Shown piece by piece: positions 38,021 through 52,847 of a stretch of DNA of 64,000 nucleotides. Both the position numbers and the translations under genes were made by a program. Under the pieces are notes generated by a model. It saw only the letters and a program-made list of their open reading frames with translations. It was not told the origin of the DNA and did no database searches. Source of the DNA: Chrysomallon squamiferum (lineage: Eukaryota > Animalia > Mollusca); assembly GCA_012295275.1 (NCBI GenBank), contig CM022673.1, positions 22,568,001-22,632,000 on the forward strand, in the 5' to 3' direction. Positions within the stretch are counted from its first letter, which is position 1, and each line of letters opens with the position of its first letter.

Positions 38021-38513
38021 AATTCAAGTATAAGAAGTATATATAGTTCAAATATAAGAAGTGTACCTAATTCAAATATAAGAAGTGTATAGCAGGTTCA
38101 GATATAACAAAGGTATAATAGTTCAAATATAACAAGTGTATAGAAGTTCAAATATAACAAGTGTACATAGTTCAGATATAAGAAGTGTACATAGTTCAAA
38201 TATCAGAACTGTACATAGTTTAAATATAAGAAATATAAAAAGTGTATAACAGTTCAGTTATAGGAAATATATATTGTTTCAAATATAAGAAGTGTATATA
38301 GTTCAAATATAAGAAGTGTGTACCAGTTCAAGAATAGGAAGTGTATATGGTTCAAATATAAGAAGTGTATACTAATTCAAATATAAGAAGTATGTACCAG
38401 TTCAAGTATAAGAAGTGTATAACAGTTCAAATATAAAAAAGTGTAGATAGTTCAAATATAAGAAGTGTATACCAGTTCAAATACAATAAATGTTTAGTAG
38501 TTCAAATATAAGA
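38021..38513. repeat. Minisatellite, 21-23-bp unit AGTTCAAATATAAGAAGTGTAT(A), a little over 20 copies
   Basis: Directly visible head-to-tail degenerate repeats with no unique spacers. Confidence 0.95.
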
Positions 38514-39509
38514 TGTTTCCCTTCACAAATGTCAGTTTATGTACACATCGTCTGAGAGTTTCAGCTGATTTCTTAGCAAGCAAACATACCTTCCACACAA
38601 GATGATTCTTTTCATAAAATTCGGATCTTCCAAAATGGCAACAAATATAAAATGCAGCAAATAAATCACATCATTTTTTTTTTCATTTTCTCAAGGAATT
38701 AAAGTATGTTAAAAATAAATAAAATAAATTATAAAAAATATATATATATAAATAAATAAAATAAAATAAAAAGAAGAAGAAAATGAAATAAATATATGAT
38801 GTCTATATATATCGATTTGTAAGTTTTTTTAATTTATTTATTTGTTTGTTTGTTTGTTTGTTTACTGAAAATTAGTACCCAACATGCCATATGAACATGA
38901 TCGACGTACCTGAAACACTCTGATCCCCTGAGGCGCGTGCCAGTTTCGTCACTGTGGTCGCACAATAGCAGGTCTGCAGAAAACATTATCAAGTGGCAGG
39001 TGACATCAACAGATCACGTTTGTTTTCGAGGTCATTAAACGCCGATCATTAGTACTCGTGTTACATCAGTGACGGCGCTTACTCGTTTCAGTCCGGAAAT
39101 CTCCGACACGTCCGGCATTTACCGAATATGAGACGAGAAAACAAACAAAAACAGTCGTCTGTTTAAGTAGAAGATTAGAAGTTAGTGTTTTAACACACAT
39201 CTGTAATGAATAGCGAAAAGAATTCTACAAATCTTGTTAATCTGTACTATAATAATAATAATAATAATAATAATAAAAGAAGAAGAAAAGAAACGTCTGT
39301 AAATTTGTCTAAATTTATTAAACTGAATAAAGTATATCATCTCAAACAGCCACAAATTTATTATCATTAGCATCACCAGTTATTATTGTTCATCGAGAAC
39401 ATTCAAGAAAATATTTTAAAGAATAATTAGTATATTATCTCATACGTCCTTTTTTCTTTTTTATGGATTTATTATTTTATTTATTTATTTATTTATTATT
39501 ATTATTATA

Positions 39510-39557
<48 letters not shown>

Positions 39558-39667
39558 GTGTATATTTTGGCAAACATCTTCATTTTAGAAAGCAAACTAC
39601 CTTATATTTTAAATAAATAAATAAATATGGTATCTAATTTTCAACTTAGGCAGTATCCAAGCAAATT

Positions 39668-39782
<115 letters not shown>

Positions 39783-42700
39783 TGAACTCATGTATATTAA
39801 ATAAATAACGAATAATTATATACAAAATGACTAGACTGTTCATCTACTAAACACCGAATTCAGATTCTACAACAACACTAGCTGTATCTTACTTTTGACT
39901 CGTCTAACAAAAATGGAAAACAACAATAACAAAATAAATAAATAAATAAATAAATAAATAAAAACATATTAAGAGTTGGTATCTGAATTAATTTTTATTT
40001 TAAAAATTAATTATTACGTAACTGGAAGTGATAAACGAACAAGAAGGTTTCATAGAGAAAACTGTCGAACCAAACTGACAAGCGAGGAGTGTATTACGCA
40101 CGATCACTTTAACAACCACTTGGTCAGATGTCAGTCATTTAATTCCTACAGGGACATCATACGCATCAGCGTACACTTGATGACAAATGGGCCAGTGATG
40201 TGTGCATCATTGTTACGTCTTACAAATTCCATATGTTTCATATTCAATCTATCATTTGTGATGTGCAGGCTTTCCATGTCCGTGAAGCACTCTATAACTG
40301 TACAAACTATTTTTCGGACACAAATTAATTAAGCTGACAAAGTTCAATTTCACGCAACCATTTTCAGTTTAGAAAGATTAATGTAGTAAAAGGTAATATG
40401 CCTTAGTAATATTAATTGAAATATATTGTTTATTAGTTTTAAACCTTTTGGCTCATGGACTTACAACTGAAATAAAAGCAAAGAAAATAAACAGGTGACA
40501 AGTAATACAAGAAATGGATGATAGACAATTATACACACTGAGAACGAATGTTTAAGGCATTTTAATGATATTATACAATTATTTTCTATTTTTCAATGCT
40601 GATGGTTTGTACCAGCAATGTTTTTTAATACATAGTAATCGTAAATTCATATACAAAGGACATTTTCCACAACATTCATATTAAATATTTGATATTTTGA
40701 TTTTGATCTTTCAGTATTATGATATTTGCGTTTTTCAGTAAGTGATGCGTGGGCAGAAACTTGAAGCTTAGTAATAAGAATAGAAAAAGAGTCAGGCAAA
40801 GATATCCTTAGATAGCATTGCAAGCACAGAATAAATGCTTATATATATTACATCTAGAAAAATTGTCAAAAATAATATTTCTTTCTTGAATAAAGATACC
40901 CGTGAGGCGCATTTTCATACTTTCTAAACGCAGTTCTGTGTTATTAATATTGACTGTGCCAAAGCTGTCCAAAGTCTAACGAGAACAATATTTTTTTAAC
41001 CAGGGAAAGCCAGTTACAACCATTCTGATATTGAAGCTTATCTTCATAAAGTAATTTTAAAAGGCAACTCTGTGTTTTTAAAACTACTGGTGAATACAAT
41101 AAAAAGAAGAAGAAAAGAAGAAGAATAACAAAAATAAAAAAACATTAGTATATGCTAGAGAATTTAAGTACAAAATATTCACTTTCTTAAGCAAATATTC
41201 AGTAATAATAAGAAAATTTAGAAAAATCTTACGCTGATATTTCATATTTTAAACTTCATTTAGATTTAAAACCCATTAAAATTTTTAAATTAACAATTAA
41301 AATCCAGATCTCGAAAGAATGACAAACTTGACCCACGCCCTTTCCAAATATGATTGTTGTTTTATGTAAATAAAACAAAAAAACAAGAAAGTCAAATTTA
41401 TTATTATTACAATTGTTGTTGCTGTTGTTATTAAAATTATATTGTTATTAATATAATTAACTGAATTAACTTATATATTCAAATTAGTGTGACATCAATT
41501 TTAATGCTGGTTTTTTTTTCTCTGTCACTCCCTTTCTTTATTTATTTAAAGATATTTTCATATTTCCATATCTGACCATTAAAACTTGACTTGACAAATT
41601 TAAACAAAGAAAAATAAAATCAGGGATAAAAAGAGAAAAAATAGACTTTGTTATAAATACATTTTTTTTTTTTTCATCTGCACTTTAAAGAAGCAAAAAA
41701 ATTACGAAATAGAAAGAGCTAAACTTTGGCGGCCTGACACTTAGCAAAATTTCAGTTATCGCTGTTGAAACACAAAACCAAAATGACTTGAAAATATTTG
41801 TGTTCAACGGATGAAATTTAACACCAAAATTCCTCCAAGAAGTTTGTTCTGAAAGGAACAAAGCGATTAGTTAAATTTATGGTGACCGTTATCAGCAGCT
41901 TCGCCATTAAAACTGGAAGACAAATTGGCATGCGCGGTCATGTTGTCAGAAATATTTGAAATGTGGACACTGATGTACACTGCCTGTCAATCAAAGTAAA
42001 CGCACAGAAATTGAACTCAGAAACGACGTGACCAAGTCAAATTAGAAGTTCATCCCATGAGTTGGAAATGAGCAAGAGCAAGTTCATTGCACATTAATGC
42101 CGACATTAGATTACTTTGTTTATTTATTATTATTTGACGTAACTGTAGACGAAAATAAATAAATAAATAAAAAATTTATTCCGCATTAACAAATAAAAGA
42201 AGTAAGTACTTTACTAGATTTTAGTAGTTTATTATTTGTAGTATATAAAGTATTTTATATAATTAACAATCTCGCAGGATTTTTTATTATTTTTTTTATT
42301 AGCTGTTATTTTAATTAAAGAAATAATAATAAATCATTTTACAACCAGTTGCAGGGTATTATTGGTTTCAAGAAATTATTTTATTTATTTATTATAGTGT
42401 TATTAGTATTAGCAGTAGTAGTACTAGTTGTAGCAGAAGTAGTTATGAAAAGAAAAAATAATTTTTTCTTGTCTTGTTTACATATCAAAATATAAAATAA
42501 ACGTTTATTTTAGTTACTTACATTTCTGAAAATTTCCAATATATGTCTTACAAAAACACGTACAAATGCGCAAGTAATACACAATAAATATGTATGTATA
42601 TAACAAAATCATTTTAATTATTTGTTTAAATGTTAAAAAAAAAGTTATTAGAATTCATTTAACTTGTAAGCTAAGTATGATTTACATAAGTAGTTTTTAC

Positions 42701-45700
42701 TCCCGAGTTTATCTTCTCATCAGTATAGATTACGATATTAGGTAACCATCGCTGATACGTCGAAAGCAATAGAGGTTGTAGACAAACTGATCTGCTAATA
42801 TCCAGCTAGTAATTAATTTTAACTACAGGTGACTCCACGAGCAACAGCATTAGTCAAAACACGTCTACAGAAGAGATTAACTTAGGCTAGTTTGGAGAAA
42901 TATGAAATATTCCGAAAATCCGGCCAATTTTACGGATTTCAGAAAATTGAAACTCAAGAACGAAATGGGATTAGTTTTTAAATTTATGAAATGCGTGGTA
43001 ATAATGTGTGATAACTGTTTCCTGCTTTTTATTTTTAAACTGCCGTTGCTGCTACTACTGTTACTAATACTACTTAAAATTTGTGAGAAAAAATAATAAT
43101 AAACTGGGAAATTTTAAAGAATATTTAAATAATTATAATATAGATTTGTACGTACGTATGTATGCATTTATATGTAAAGGTTTTATTAATATGCAGCAAT
43201 AAAACTTTCTGTGAATATATGTTCTGACAAATCAGATAAAATTAATACTTAATCCATGTGAATCAGATAAAAGCCACTGTCTGCCATTGATATGTGTGTG
43301 ACCTTTATTAACAATATACCACCCCAGTGAGTAATATTACAGTTGTGTATGGGACCAACTGTATAGCTGAAGAATGTTTAGTCTCTGTTTCAGCGTCATA
43401 TGAAAGATATTTGCGGTGAATGTACTGGCCGAAATTCGGCCCAGGGCGTGGAGAAGGGAGGGAAATGTTAAGAAAATAACTTGAGATTAGTCAAAGGTTT
43501 GTTGGGAGAGGAGATGAGAATTCAATTAAAGCCATCCGGTCCCGCTAGATGTCGCTCTGAAAAGATCAGGGAGTAAATGGGAGAAATTCGCTTAGCAGAG
43601 AACGCCAATGCTCGCCGAATGTTCTTTGATGCAGTGTCTCTCTGTTTATTTTTGATTGGAGCAGTCAGGTCACGTGATCCGTCGACAGTTTATTCGGCAT
43701 ATAAACAAAGAAAAACGAGAGAGGAAAACATTGGTGTTGATAGATGATAGATGATAATAGTTTGGTATCTTCAAAAATTGCTCCTATAACCTCCAGTTTT
43801 CCTTTAGGGTGGTCGCAGTTCGTTCTAAAAAAGTTCATTTTTTAAATCAAGACGTGTCCGCGACAAAGAGCCAATTAGCCCCAGCTTCAACGCAGGCCTG
43901 TGTTTTTGTGTTTAGAATACAAAAGTTCAATGACGATTCATTTCAAACAGCTGTCGAACAAAATTAAGTTTATTTAATGACACCTGAACTGTTTAGAATT
44001 ATATTTTTAAATATTAGTATTTATTTAATTTATTATATCCTTGTTTGTTTGTTTGTTGTAATGATACTTGAAATTAGTTACTGATATCTTTAATAAATAA
44101 ATAAATGAGTAAATAATGAAGACAGACACACACACAGATGGTCATTGAAAAACTTGGACTTTTGGTAACATTATCTAATTTAAATTGGTTCGCAATAGGT
44201 ATTCGCATGTTATGTATTTTTCTCTCAGTATGTAAAAATAATTAAGTGTTCGTAGCAGTAAATAAATAAAAATAAATAAACAAATATTTAACAAACAAAC
44301 AAAAAACACAATAAAAACATAAATAATTTAAGAAAACGACAGACAGCATACATGTTTTAACCTGACTGGTTCTTTTTAATTAGTCAAAATGGGACTTTTT
44401 TTATATTTTTAATAACGTGACGGAAGCGAACTATTTGACAAACTCAGTCTTCATCTCCAATCAGAAATAACAAGAGGTGTGCATAGTTGAGGCGAAACTT
44501 CCTGTTACGGTCATTCGAACCTGAGAAAACAGAATTACGCAAACGTATACAGCCTATTACGAGTGAGATGTTTAATCTACGAAAAGTCCCGAGTAAAATC
44601 GTTTATTAAATTATGACAGTTGAAGCGATTTTCAGACCCTTCACACACAGGAAGTGTTAATAACCTCAACTAACGAGACTCGCTGTTTGCTTTATTGTAC
44701 AAAAATTTCCATCATAAATTCCAACACTTGTTTGGCCTTCGCGCGACCCTTGGCGCGGTAAAGGTTTGACGTACGCTTGCACGTGCATCATTAGCTAAAT
44801 GTAACGTCACGTGGGCACATTTTTCATCCATGCTGGTTAAAAGATCTTATGCTGTCTTATCCCATGGAATTTTCCAACGGCATTTAATAGCGAAGTGTAA
44901 AGTGAATGTTAATTAATGTAAGGGAAGCGTGGATATTAACGATGTTAATTTCATTAATTTTTTTCCCTGAAAATTCCTTGATAATGAAGCTTCTTTTATG
45001 TGTTCTAAAATAATGCTCTTTCCCTTTTTCTTATTTTTGTTGCACAACAAGGCTAAGAATAATAACTGTAACACCACCAACAACAATAATGACAACAAGC
45101 GCAAAAAGAAGAACAAAATAATAAAGGTCTCTAAAATTAGCAGTATTTGAAAATTATATTTTAGAATTATAAAATATATGGAGCTGAATAACCACATATT
45201 AATTTCTTAAAAATTAAATTACTCCATCAAATACAGTTTTTCAAACCCAGCTTACATGTTTTAAAACGTCAAAATAAATTGAAGTATGTCAACACCTTCA
45301 GTCAATATTCTCGTAACAGAATTTACAAATCCCTATTATTCTACAGCCAGTAATCACAATTAGAAAGTTTGACAGTTGCTGGCTCGTCTAATAACTATAA
45401 CTGAAATAAAAACAATAAAAGGAAAAAAGTGTCACCCTGATGAACTCATGTAAACAGCTTAAATAGCTTCCGTTCCATAATCAAGAGATTAATTACATTA
45501 AATACTTTATTTCTTTGTTTATTATACGATGGGCGTTACAGTTATCCTAACTTTATCACTACTACTATTGATGAAAAACAAAATGTATTCTCTGATGTGG
45601 CATAAGGTCCAGATTAGGAAGTATGTCATGAATATCAAATATAAGTATGCGTAAAACATTATGTGTTACTTTCAAATCACATTTTTACATTGTTTTATTT

Positions 45701-46013
45701 ATTAATTTATTTTTTACTAAATGTAATAAAACAATAAAATATAAGTAACTATATATCGTTACGCTGATCATGCTACCAAACCAATAAAACAAGTAAATTA
45801 ACAGTAACGTACAAAGAACAAAGCATTCCATCGTTATATGCTCCTGTTACAAAATATAACATCATAAACAGGAAAATACAGCAGCAGTATTGTCTCTGTG
45901 TTAGCTTGTAAACTGTATTCGGCATCTTTGATCAGTCTGTTTGCATGTAACTATATCTTGTATAATTATTTAAAATAAGGACTACAAAAGTAGTAGTAGT
46001 AGTAGTAGTAGTA

Positions 46014-46065
<52 letters not shown>

Positions 46066-49000
46066 ATACATATATATATATAAAACAGAATATACGGGAA
46101 TCTAAGAAAAGTATAGTGAGTAAATATCGCCTCTTGTAAATTATTATGTTCAGTCTGTGTATGTACAGTAAAGTGAAATAACTGCCTGCCTCTACTTTTG
46201 CACCTGACGCAATGTAAATCAGAGAGGTACAGTTAGTGCATTTACACTTTATTGTTTCAGCGACTTGCTAACTCAGACATCCGAGTAATAACCCCCCCCA
46301 ATCAACAAACTAATAATAATAAAAAAAAAGTGCGGTGAACTGCTCGAGCTTGAAACATTTGCAGCATGTGAGTGCTAATAACTGTGAGTGGTCATATGTT
46401 TACCGCTATATAACGGAATTCACCGATGTGATTTAGTGCTTGCTATACCAGATCATTTCAAATAATTTCGTGTGTGTGAATGTGTGTGTGTTTGTATGCA
46501 CAGACATATATACACACGTATACAGAAAATCGAGTAATAGATGATTGATTAGTGTTGCAATTGGACAACGATCTATTATTTTCTATTAATTAGAACTAAA
46601 ACATATTGGTACAACATTCCAGAGATAAATCACAATGAGTAACAAATATTCACAATACAAACAATAACAAACAGTTTGAAAAAATTTATTTCGAAATATA
46701 ATAGAAATGTAAAACATATTATTATTATTATTGTTGTTGTTTAAAGTTTTGGATCTGAAGAAAATATCAACACGGAAACAAACTGTATTACGGTCGTCGG
46801 AATAACTATATCCGGTATGATCAAAGCCAATAAACACGTGCTGTTAATCAATGAAATGCGTTATAAGTATAATTAACTTTTATACGAATGATGTTAAAGA
46901 AACATTACCCAATCTTTCTTATTTATCCGATATTATATACAGAAAGGCCTAGATTAAAGTTTTCTATTTATTTACTTAAATTTTTTACACATGTATTCTA
47001 TGATGCTTCTATTAATCGGTATTTTTCCAGCTTCTGTTAGAAGATACATTACGATTTGTAAATGCCATGTTGTTGTTTAGTCTTAAGCTTTTATGCATTG
47101 TGGTCAATCAGATAAACTTGACAGAGAGAGGTTTGTGATATAGTCAGAAAGAAATATATGACTCCTAGTAGAATTTCTGAATTCTAACAATTGCAACAGG
47201 GAATTTTACTATTCAGATACTGGTAATCAACAAAGCAAACTAGTAAAAATGAAAAAAATCACCAGATTTTGATATTAAAGATTATTATGTTTTCCTGAGT
47301 GATCAAAATTATTATGACGTTATAGCATCAATTACTCTATTCAATAAAGAGCAATGCATCTTATACAAGCATTTCCTCATAGTCAGAAAATCAGTGGATG
47401 AACAAATAAGACCTGATGATTGGCTTGCTAGTAATATATTAACATGACCCCTTTCACCGCCCCCACCCCAAAAGATCAAATACATTTTATATAATTTCGA
47501 ATCAAAAAGGGAATAACAGGAAAATGAAGTGAAAACGACAGAAAAGAAACAATGAAATATAGTTAAATCAGATGGTATAGTTATTTAATATAACTATTGT
47601 AGAGATTAGTTAAACGTTTGTCACTGCTGGCTGTTATAAGCTAAGATTTACATCTAACAAACAATTCCGAGTCACTTGCCCTGCGTATCTGACGAACGTG
47701 ACAACAAAAGTCACGCAGATATGCGAGAGCAACTGTTTCTATGTAGATTAAATCTCGTCAATTCGCGTCATACCAAGGTGAACCATAAATTGTGTTAACG
47801 GTTCTGTGTTCTGTCCTTTTTATGTCTATAACCTATTGCTTTTCATTCATCAGCGAATAATCACTTTCATATTTTATAACGAAGGAATAAAAACTACAGG
47901 AAAAAAAAGAATTTAAAAAAAAAAAGGAAAAGAAAGTAAGGAAATGAAATGAAAGGAAATAAATTAAATTAAAGTGTATTTATAGCTAAACACCGCTGCT
48001 CGAATGTGGATGAGACTAAAAAAAACACCCAAATAACCCATATGTAAATTTGGCGTAAATGGAGGCTGTACGTAAATAACATTTATTATAATATTATTAA
48101 ATGTTGTGTGAGTGTGTGTGACTACGTGTGAGTGAGATTATGAGTATGGAAGTGTATATTAAACTTGTTTCAAATCGGTATTGAGTGCATAATGACTTTA
48201 AAATTCAATAAATTATTTATAAATGACATCCTTCTTTATTTAATTTATATAACTACAACAGTATCCGAAAACATGTATGTTCTACTTCTAAAACGACGGT
48301 TGTTACTACCACAACTACCACAGCCATTAACAGAAAACAAAATTACAACTTTCTCTTCTTCTTCAGCTGCTGTTACTTATTCTACTACTTCCGCTGCTGC
48401 TAATATTATTACTATTTCTACTACTATAAACACTAAAATTCTAGCAATAATAATAATTTAAAAATGTATTGTTTTTATTGTTGTTAATGTTACTTATTAA
48501 TATTGACTGTGATTACAAAACATCTACAAATAGCGTGCTTCATTTACGATCCATGCCCTTATAGACGACAAACGGTGCAGACACATATAAACGAAGAAAT
48601 ATTCAAACGCATTGTTATTAACTATCAAACTTTTCTCTTTTTTTGTTCTTTTTCATTTTTTTTTTCTACACAGAACAATACAAGAGATTGGTGTTTGTGA
48701 TAGCTGTTTTTTTCTATACTGATAATGTTTACGTAGTCAGATTACTTTACAAAACTGTTTCATAAACCTGCCAGCAACTGAAGTCTTATCGTCACGGATA
48801 GGATTTCGTATCAGATTACTGACAGTTCAATAAAACAGGTTAACTGTGTAAATATTAATCATTTCTAATTAGTAAACATGTTTGCAAAGCGAATTACATT
48901 TTTTTTTTTCAATTCTGTTTTATGTATATTATTAAAATATATTTAGTTCTTCATATGGTTTATAATTATATTTTTATATAACATTTTAAATTATAATTTT

Positions 49001-50139
49001 TTATTATTTGCATATGGATAAAACAGTTAAATTATGGAAACGTATGTTGTTGTTTTTTCATCATTATTTAATAAATATTTTAAGTTTCTTGTTTATTATT
49101 TCAGTTTTCATATCAAATAATTATAACTTTTTATATTTGTTATCGTCACTTTCCTATTCAGTTTATTTAGTAACAATCTGTTATCCGAAATTTAATAAAT
49201 TTCGAAAAATAATCTCTTTATTTTATTTATTTTGTTTCTTTGTTGTTGTTTTGGTTTTAAAATTCACTGTATGTACATTTGATTTAATTTGTAAATCAAT
49301 TAATTGAAAGTTTTCTTTTCCCGAGTTTTTCAAATTAAGAATGGTTGACCTGCATATGATTTTTCATCTGCAGATTGTATTAAATTTTTAGATTGAAAAT
49401 TTGATTAAAAAAATAATTTAAATTAACATTAAAGAGTTACCTTAGTCATACCATACATTATTTTTTCTTCCTCTTTTATTTTTATTATTATTATTATTCT
49501 TTGAGAAAAGAGGTAAATGTTGTACCTTTAGATTTTAAAAGTCGAAATTAATATATAGAAGGGTATCATATTGGCAATTTTGTTATAATTAAACACACAC
49601 ATACACAGATAAAAAAACACACACACACACACACATATTTATTACTGTTATTATTATTATTATTGTTATTATTATTACGACTAGATTAAATATACCATAT
49701 GTTTCTAGTTACACTGTAAACTACTTTAATATCGCCAGTCACGTTCACATTTTATTCTTCCTTTTTTTCTTTTAATAAAAAGTTACGTAAAGAGAATTAT
49801 GTGAAGTAAATAGCAGTAGTTAGAAAGAGTTGTAGTATAAACAGTATATAGAAATTGTAATATAACAACAACAACAACAACAACAATAATAATAATATAA
49901 TAATAATACATTACTTTTCACTTTAAAGAATGATTTTAATGTTTTCATTCGTTTTTATTATTATATGTAATATAAAATAATTTTGCATTTTATACAATAA
50001 GTTATGCTAAACCTATTATCTCATAAAATATATCTTTTTATTTATATTTCCCTTAAAAAGATCATAAATCGTTGTCTGCTATATTGTCTATACCATTTCC
50101 CAAGAGCAGAAAATCTTAAGACGAAACCTGATATCTGCT

Positions 50140-50450
50140 TCTCCTTTGATTGACAGTTCTCAAGATATCTTCAGGCATCGGTATCTATTTACTACCCTCC
50201 TCGCAATGCGATTGGCTGAACGCGAGTATACATGTTTGACGATTCCAAGTATTGGACACTTTGGTCTTGTACAACTTCAAGGCCAGACTACTTCGAAGGT
50301 TTAAACAGAAACACGTGCATCTTTCCGCGTGACAACTATTGTATACTGTTTGTTTATCTGTGAAGGTAAAGTGAACAGGAAAAAAGAAAATCTGTCGTGA
50401 TTTTTTACATTTCCTTGAGTAAAAAAAGCCTAAAGATATGCACGTGTTGC
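50140..50450 (+). promoter_or_regulatory. Candidate twist proximal promoter and 5' leader
   Basis: CpG-containing block 170-480 bp upstream of the ATG. It has CTTTGATTGACAG (50144-50156), two ATTGG (reverse CCAAT) boxes near 50211 and 50251, and CACGTG E-boxes near 50312 and 50441. Motif matches only. Confidence 0.5.
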
Positions 50451-50618
50451 AACAAAGAATTACATAGTAATTTATTTTATGGATAGCTGTGACTCATATA
50501 TAAATTTGTTTACTTCAAATGATTTTAAAAAATAATTAATTAAAATCTGATAGAATAACTGGAAAAAATATTGGATGTTAAAAGTGAGTTTGAAATTTTG
50601 TGAAAAGGTTATTACGAG

Positions 50619-51182
50619 ATGGTTCCTGAACAGAAACAAGTTTTGAGTCAGTCTGGACTTAATCTGAGTCTAAAACAACAAACAGAAGAATTCAGCGGAT
50701 CACCGGAGTTTCGAAACCACGCCGAGTTCAGAGATTCTTCTGAGTATGAAGATGTCAAATCGGAATATGGTGAGGACGATTATGATGTCGTGACTGATAA
50801 ACGGATGCAGAGAAAGAGGAAGCGCGAGGACAGTGATTTAAAGAAGAATAGGCCACGCAAACCACAGACATTCGAGGATATTCAAACTCAGCGAGTGATG
50901 GCCAACGTGAGAGAGAGACAGAGGACACAGTCACTCAATGAAGCTTTCACTCAACTGAGAAAAATCATCCCAACTCTCCCGTCTGACAAACTCAGTAAAA
51001 TTCAGACTCTCAAGTTAGCCTCCAGGTACATTGACTTTCTCTATCAGGTGTTGAGAAGCGACGACCACGATTCCAAAATGGCCAGCAGTTGTACCTATGT
51101 CGCCAACGAAAGACTAAGTTATGCATTTTCTGTCTGGAGAATGGAAGGGGCGTGGTCTATGAATGGAACAACTGGTCACTGA
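50619..51182 (+). CDS. twist: Twist bHLH transcription factor (187 aa, uninterrupted CDS)
   Basis: b[58 protein letters not shown] and C-terminal WR/Twist-box [16 protein letters not shown]; basic NLS-like RKRKR. Confidence 0.99.
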   Translation: MVPEQKQVLSQSGLNLSLKQQTEEFSGSPEFRNHAEFRDSSEYEDVKSEYGEDDYDVVTDKRMQRKRKREDSDLKKNRPRKPQTFEDIQTQRVMANVRERQRTQSLNEAFTQLRKIIPTLPSDKLSKIQTLKLASRYIDFLYQVLRSDDHDSKMASSCTYVANERLSYAFSVWRMEGAWSMNGTTGH

Positions 51183-52429
51183 CGGACAGACGGATTTGGA
51201 TGTTTTTATAATTCTGTTGTTACATTGATTGTAATTGTGTAAGATCTCAGAAAATTTTAGTTTATTTGTGTTTTCTTTCTCGTTAACTGATTTGTAGTCG
51301 TTCCATGTCACTGGAGACAATTTAGTTGTCTGACATTTTAAAATTTTATTTTTATTTTTAATGTATAGAACAGTTCTGAGTAAGAGACATGTGATTAGTG
51401 TGGTAGTGTGGACACATGGTGAAAAACATTTACGCCTATGCTGTATTATATTAGTTCCATGGCAACCAACGAGGTGAATCAGTTGTTATGTGAATGGCAT
51501 GTTTTCAGTTATCACAAACATGTAACGCGAAAGTTGTTTTTTCTTAGTTTATTTTTAATTTTTTTTTTTCAGACTAACTCAACCCATAACAACTATTACT
51601 TCACCCAGACCAAGGTAATATATCCATTAAATAACCGAGTCAGTGAGTTAAAACTGACTTATTCAAAGTAAATCAAGGAAAGATATTTTCACCAATGCTT
51701 TTAATCGTATGTAGGTCATTCGTGTCACTGTGAATATACGTGTTATGGGAAATTCAGCTGTGAGTTCCGGACTTATAACAAACTGTTTTACCAGTTCCAA
51801 GGTCTACATGTGCTATTAGTGTTTGTAATTGGTTTTCACGAACTATTAACACAGTGAATAATCGTTTTCTGAGTTGGGCTTCAAGAATACCTTGCTGAGT
51901 TTCTCTCTTTCGCCTCAGACTGTGGCATTATTAAATGTAAACACATAAACATTTCTCCTGTTTGTTTTATTTTATATGAATTTGACTACATTTCAAAATA
52001 TCTCTCTGACTGAATTTTATTTTGGTTTGTAGTAATTAAAATTTACTTTTAGATTCTATATATATTTTCAATATATATATATATATATAATTATTTTATA
52101 ATACTTTCAGTCATTCTTATTTCATATATTTTTATTCATCAATATCCCGGTATATTAAAATCTTTCGTCTAGAAACCGAATTTTGGGCTTGGTAAAATAT
52201 TTGAACTCAGATATAATGGTAAGTAAATCCTACTTGTAGGATTCAAGACCACTTTCTTTTTCAGAAATGTGGACCAATCGTCTTAGAGTAATGAATGTCT
52301 CCTACCAAAATGCTAATTTATTCCAAAACTCAAATGAGCCTCATTCCGAAATGAAAGATAAATAACATGTGAAAGATTAAAGATTAAACTCTGTATGTAT
52401 GTTACCATCTGTAGTAGTAATAATAATAA

Positions 52430-52472
<43 letters not shown>

Positions 52473-52793
52473 AAACAGGGAAAAAATAAAATGAAAAAGA
52501 TAACAAAGAAAGAAGATATGTATATGTTTTTATTTATTACTACTATTGTCTGAACTACTGCTACTATTACCACTACAATCGTTGTTCGTATTCTTATTCT
52601 TATTCTTATTCTTATTAATGAGATTATATATTATGGAATAATATACAGTGTGTGTGCTTTAAAAACGATATTGTTATAATATGCATATTGCAAATCAAAG
52701 TGTTTATATCTGCATTCCAAATTTTGACACAAAACATGGGATTGGGAAATTTGTTTAATTTTTATTCAAATATTTTAAAATTACTTTTATCGA

Positions 52794-52847
<54 letters not shown>

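Noticed and set aside
38021-38513. Array of short repeats as a possible CRISPR
   Set aside because: Units are head-to-tail with no unique spacers, there are no cas genes and the context is eukaryotic. It is a minisatellite.
52226-52243. 8-bp hairpin AATCCTAC-TT-GTAGGATT, and AT-rich palindromes near 33077-33127
   Set aside because: Short, expected by chance in 64 kb of AT-rich DNA, and without supporting context.
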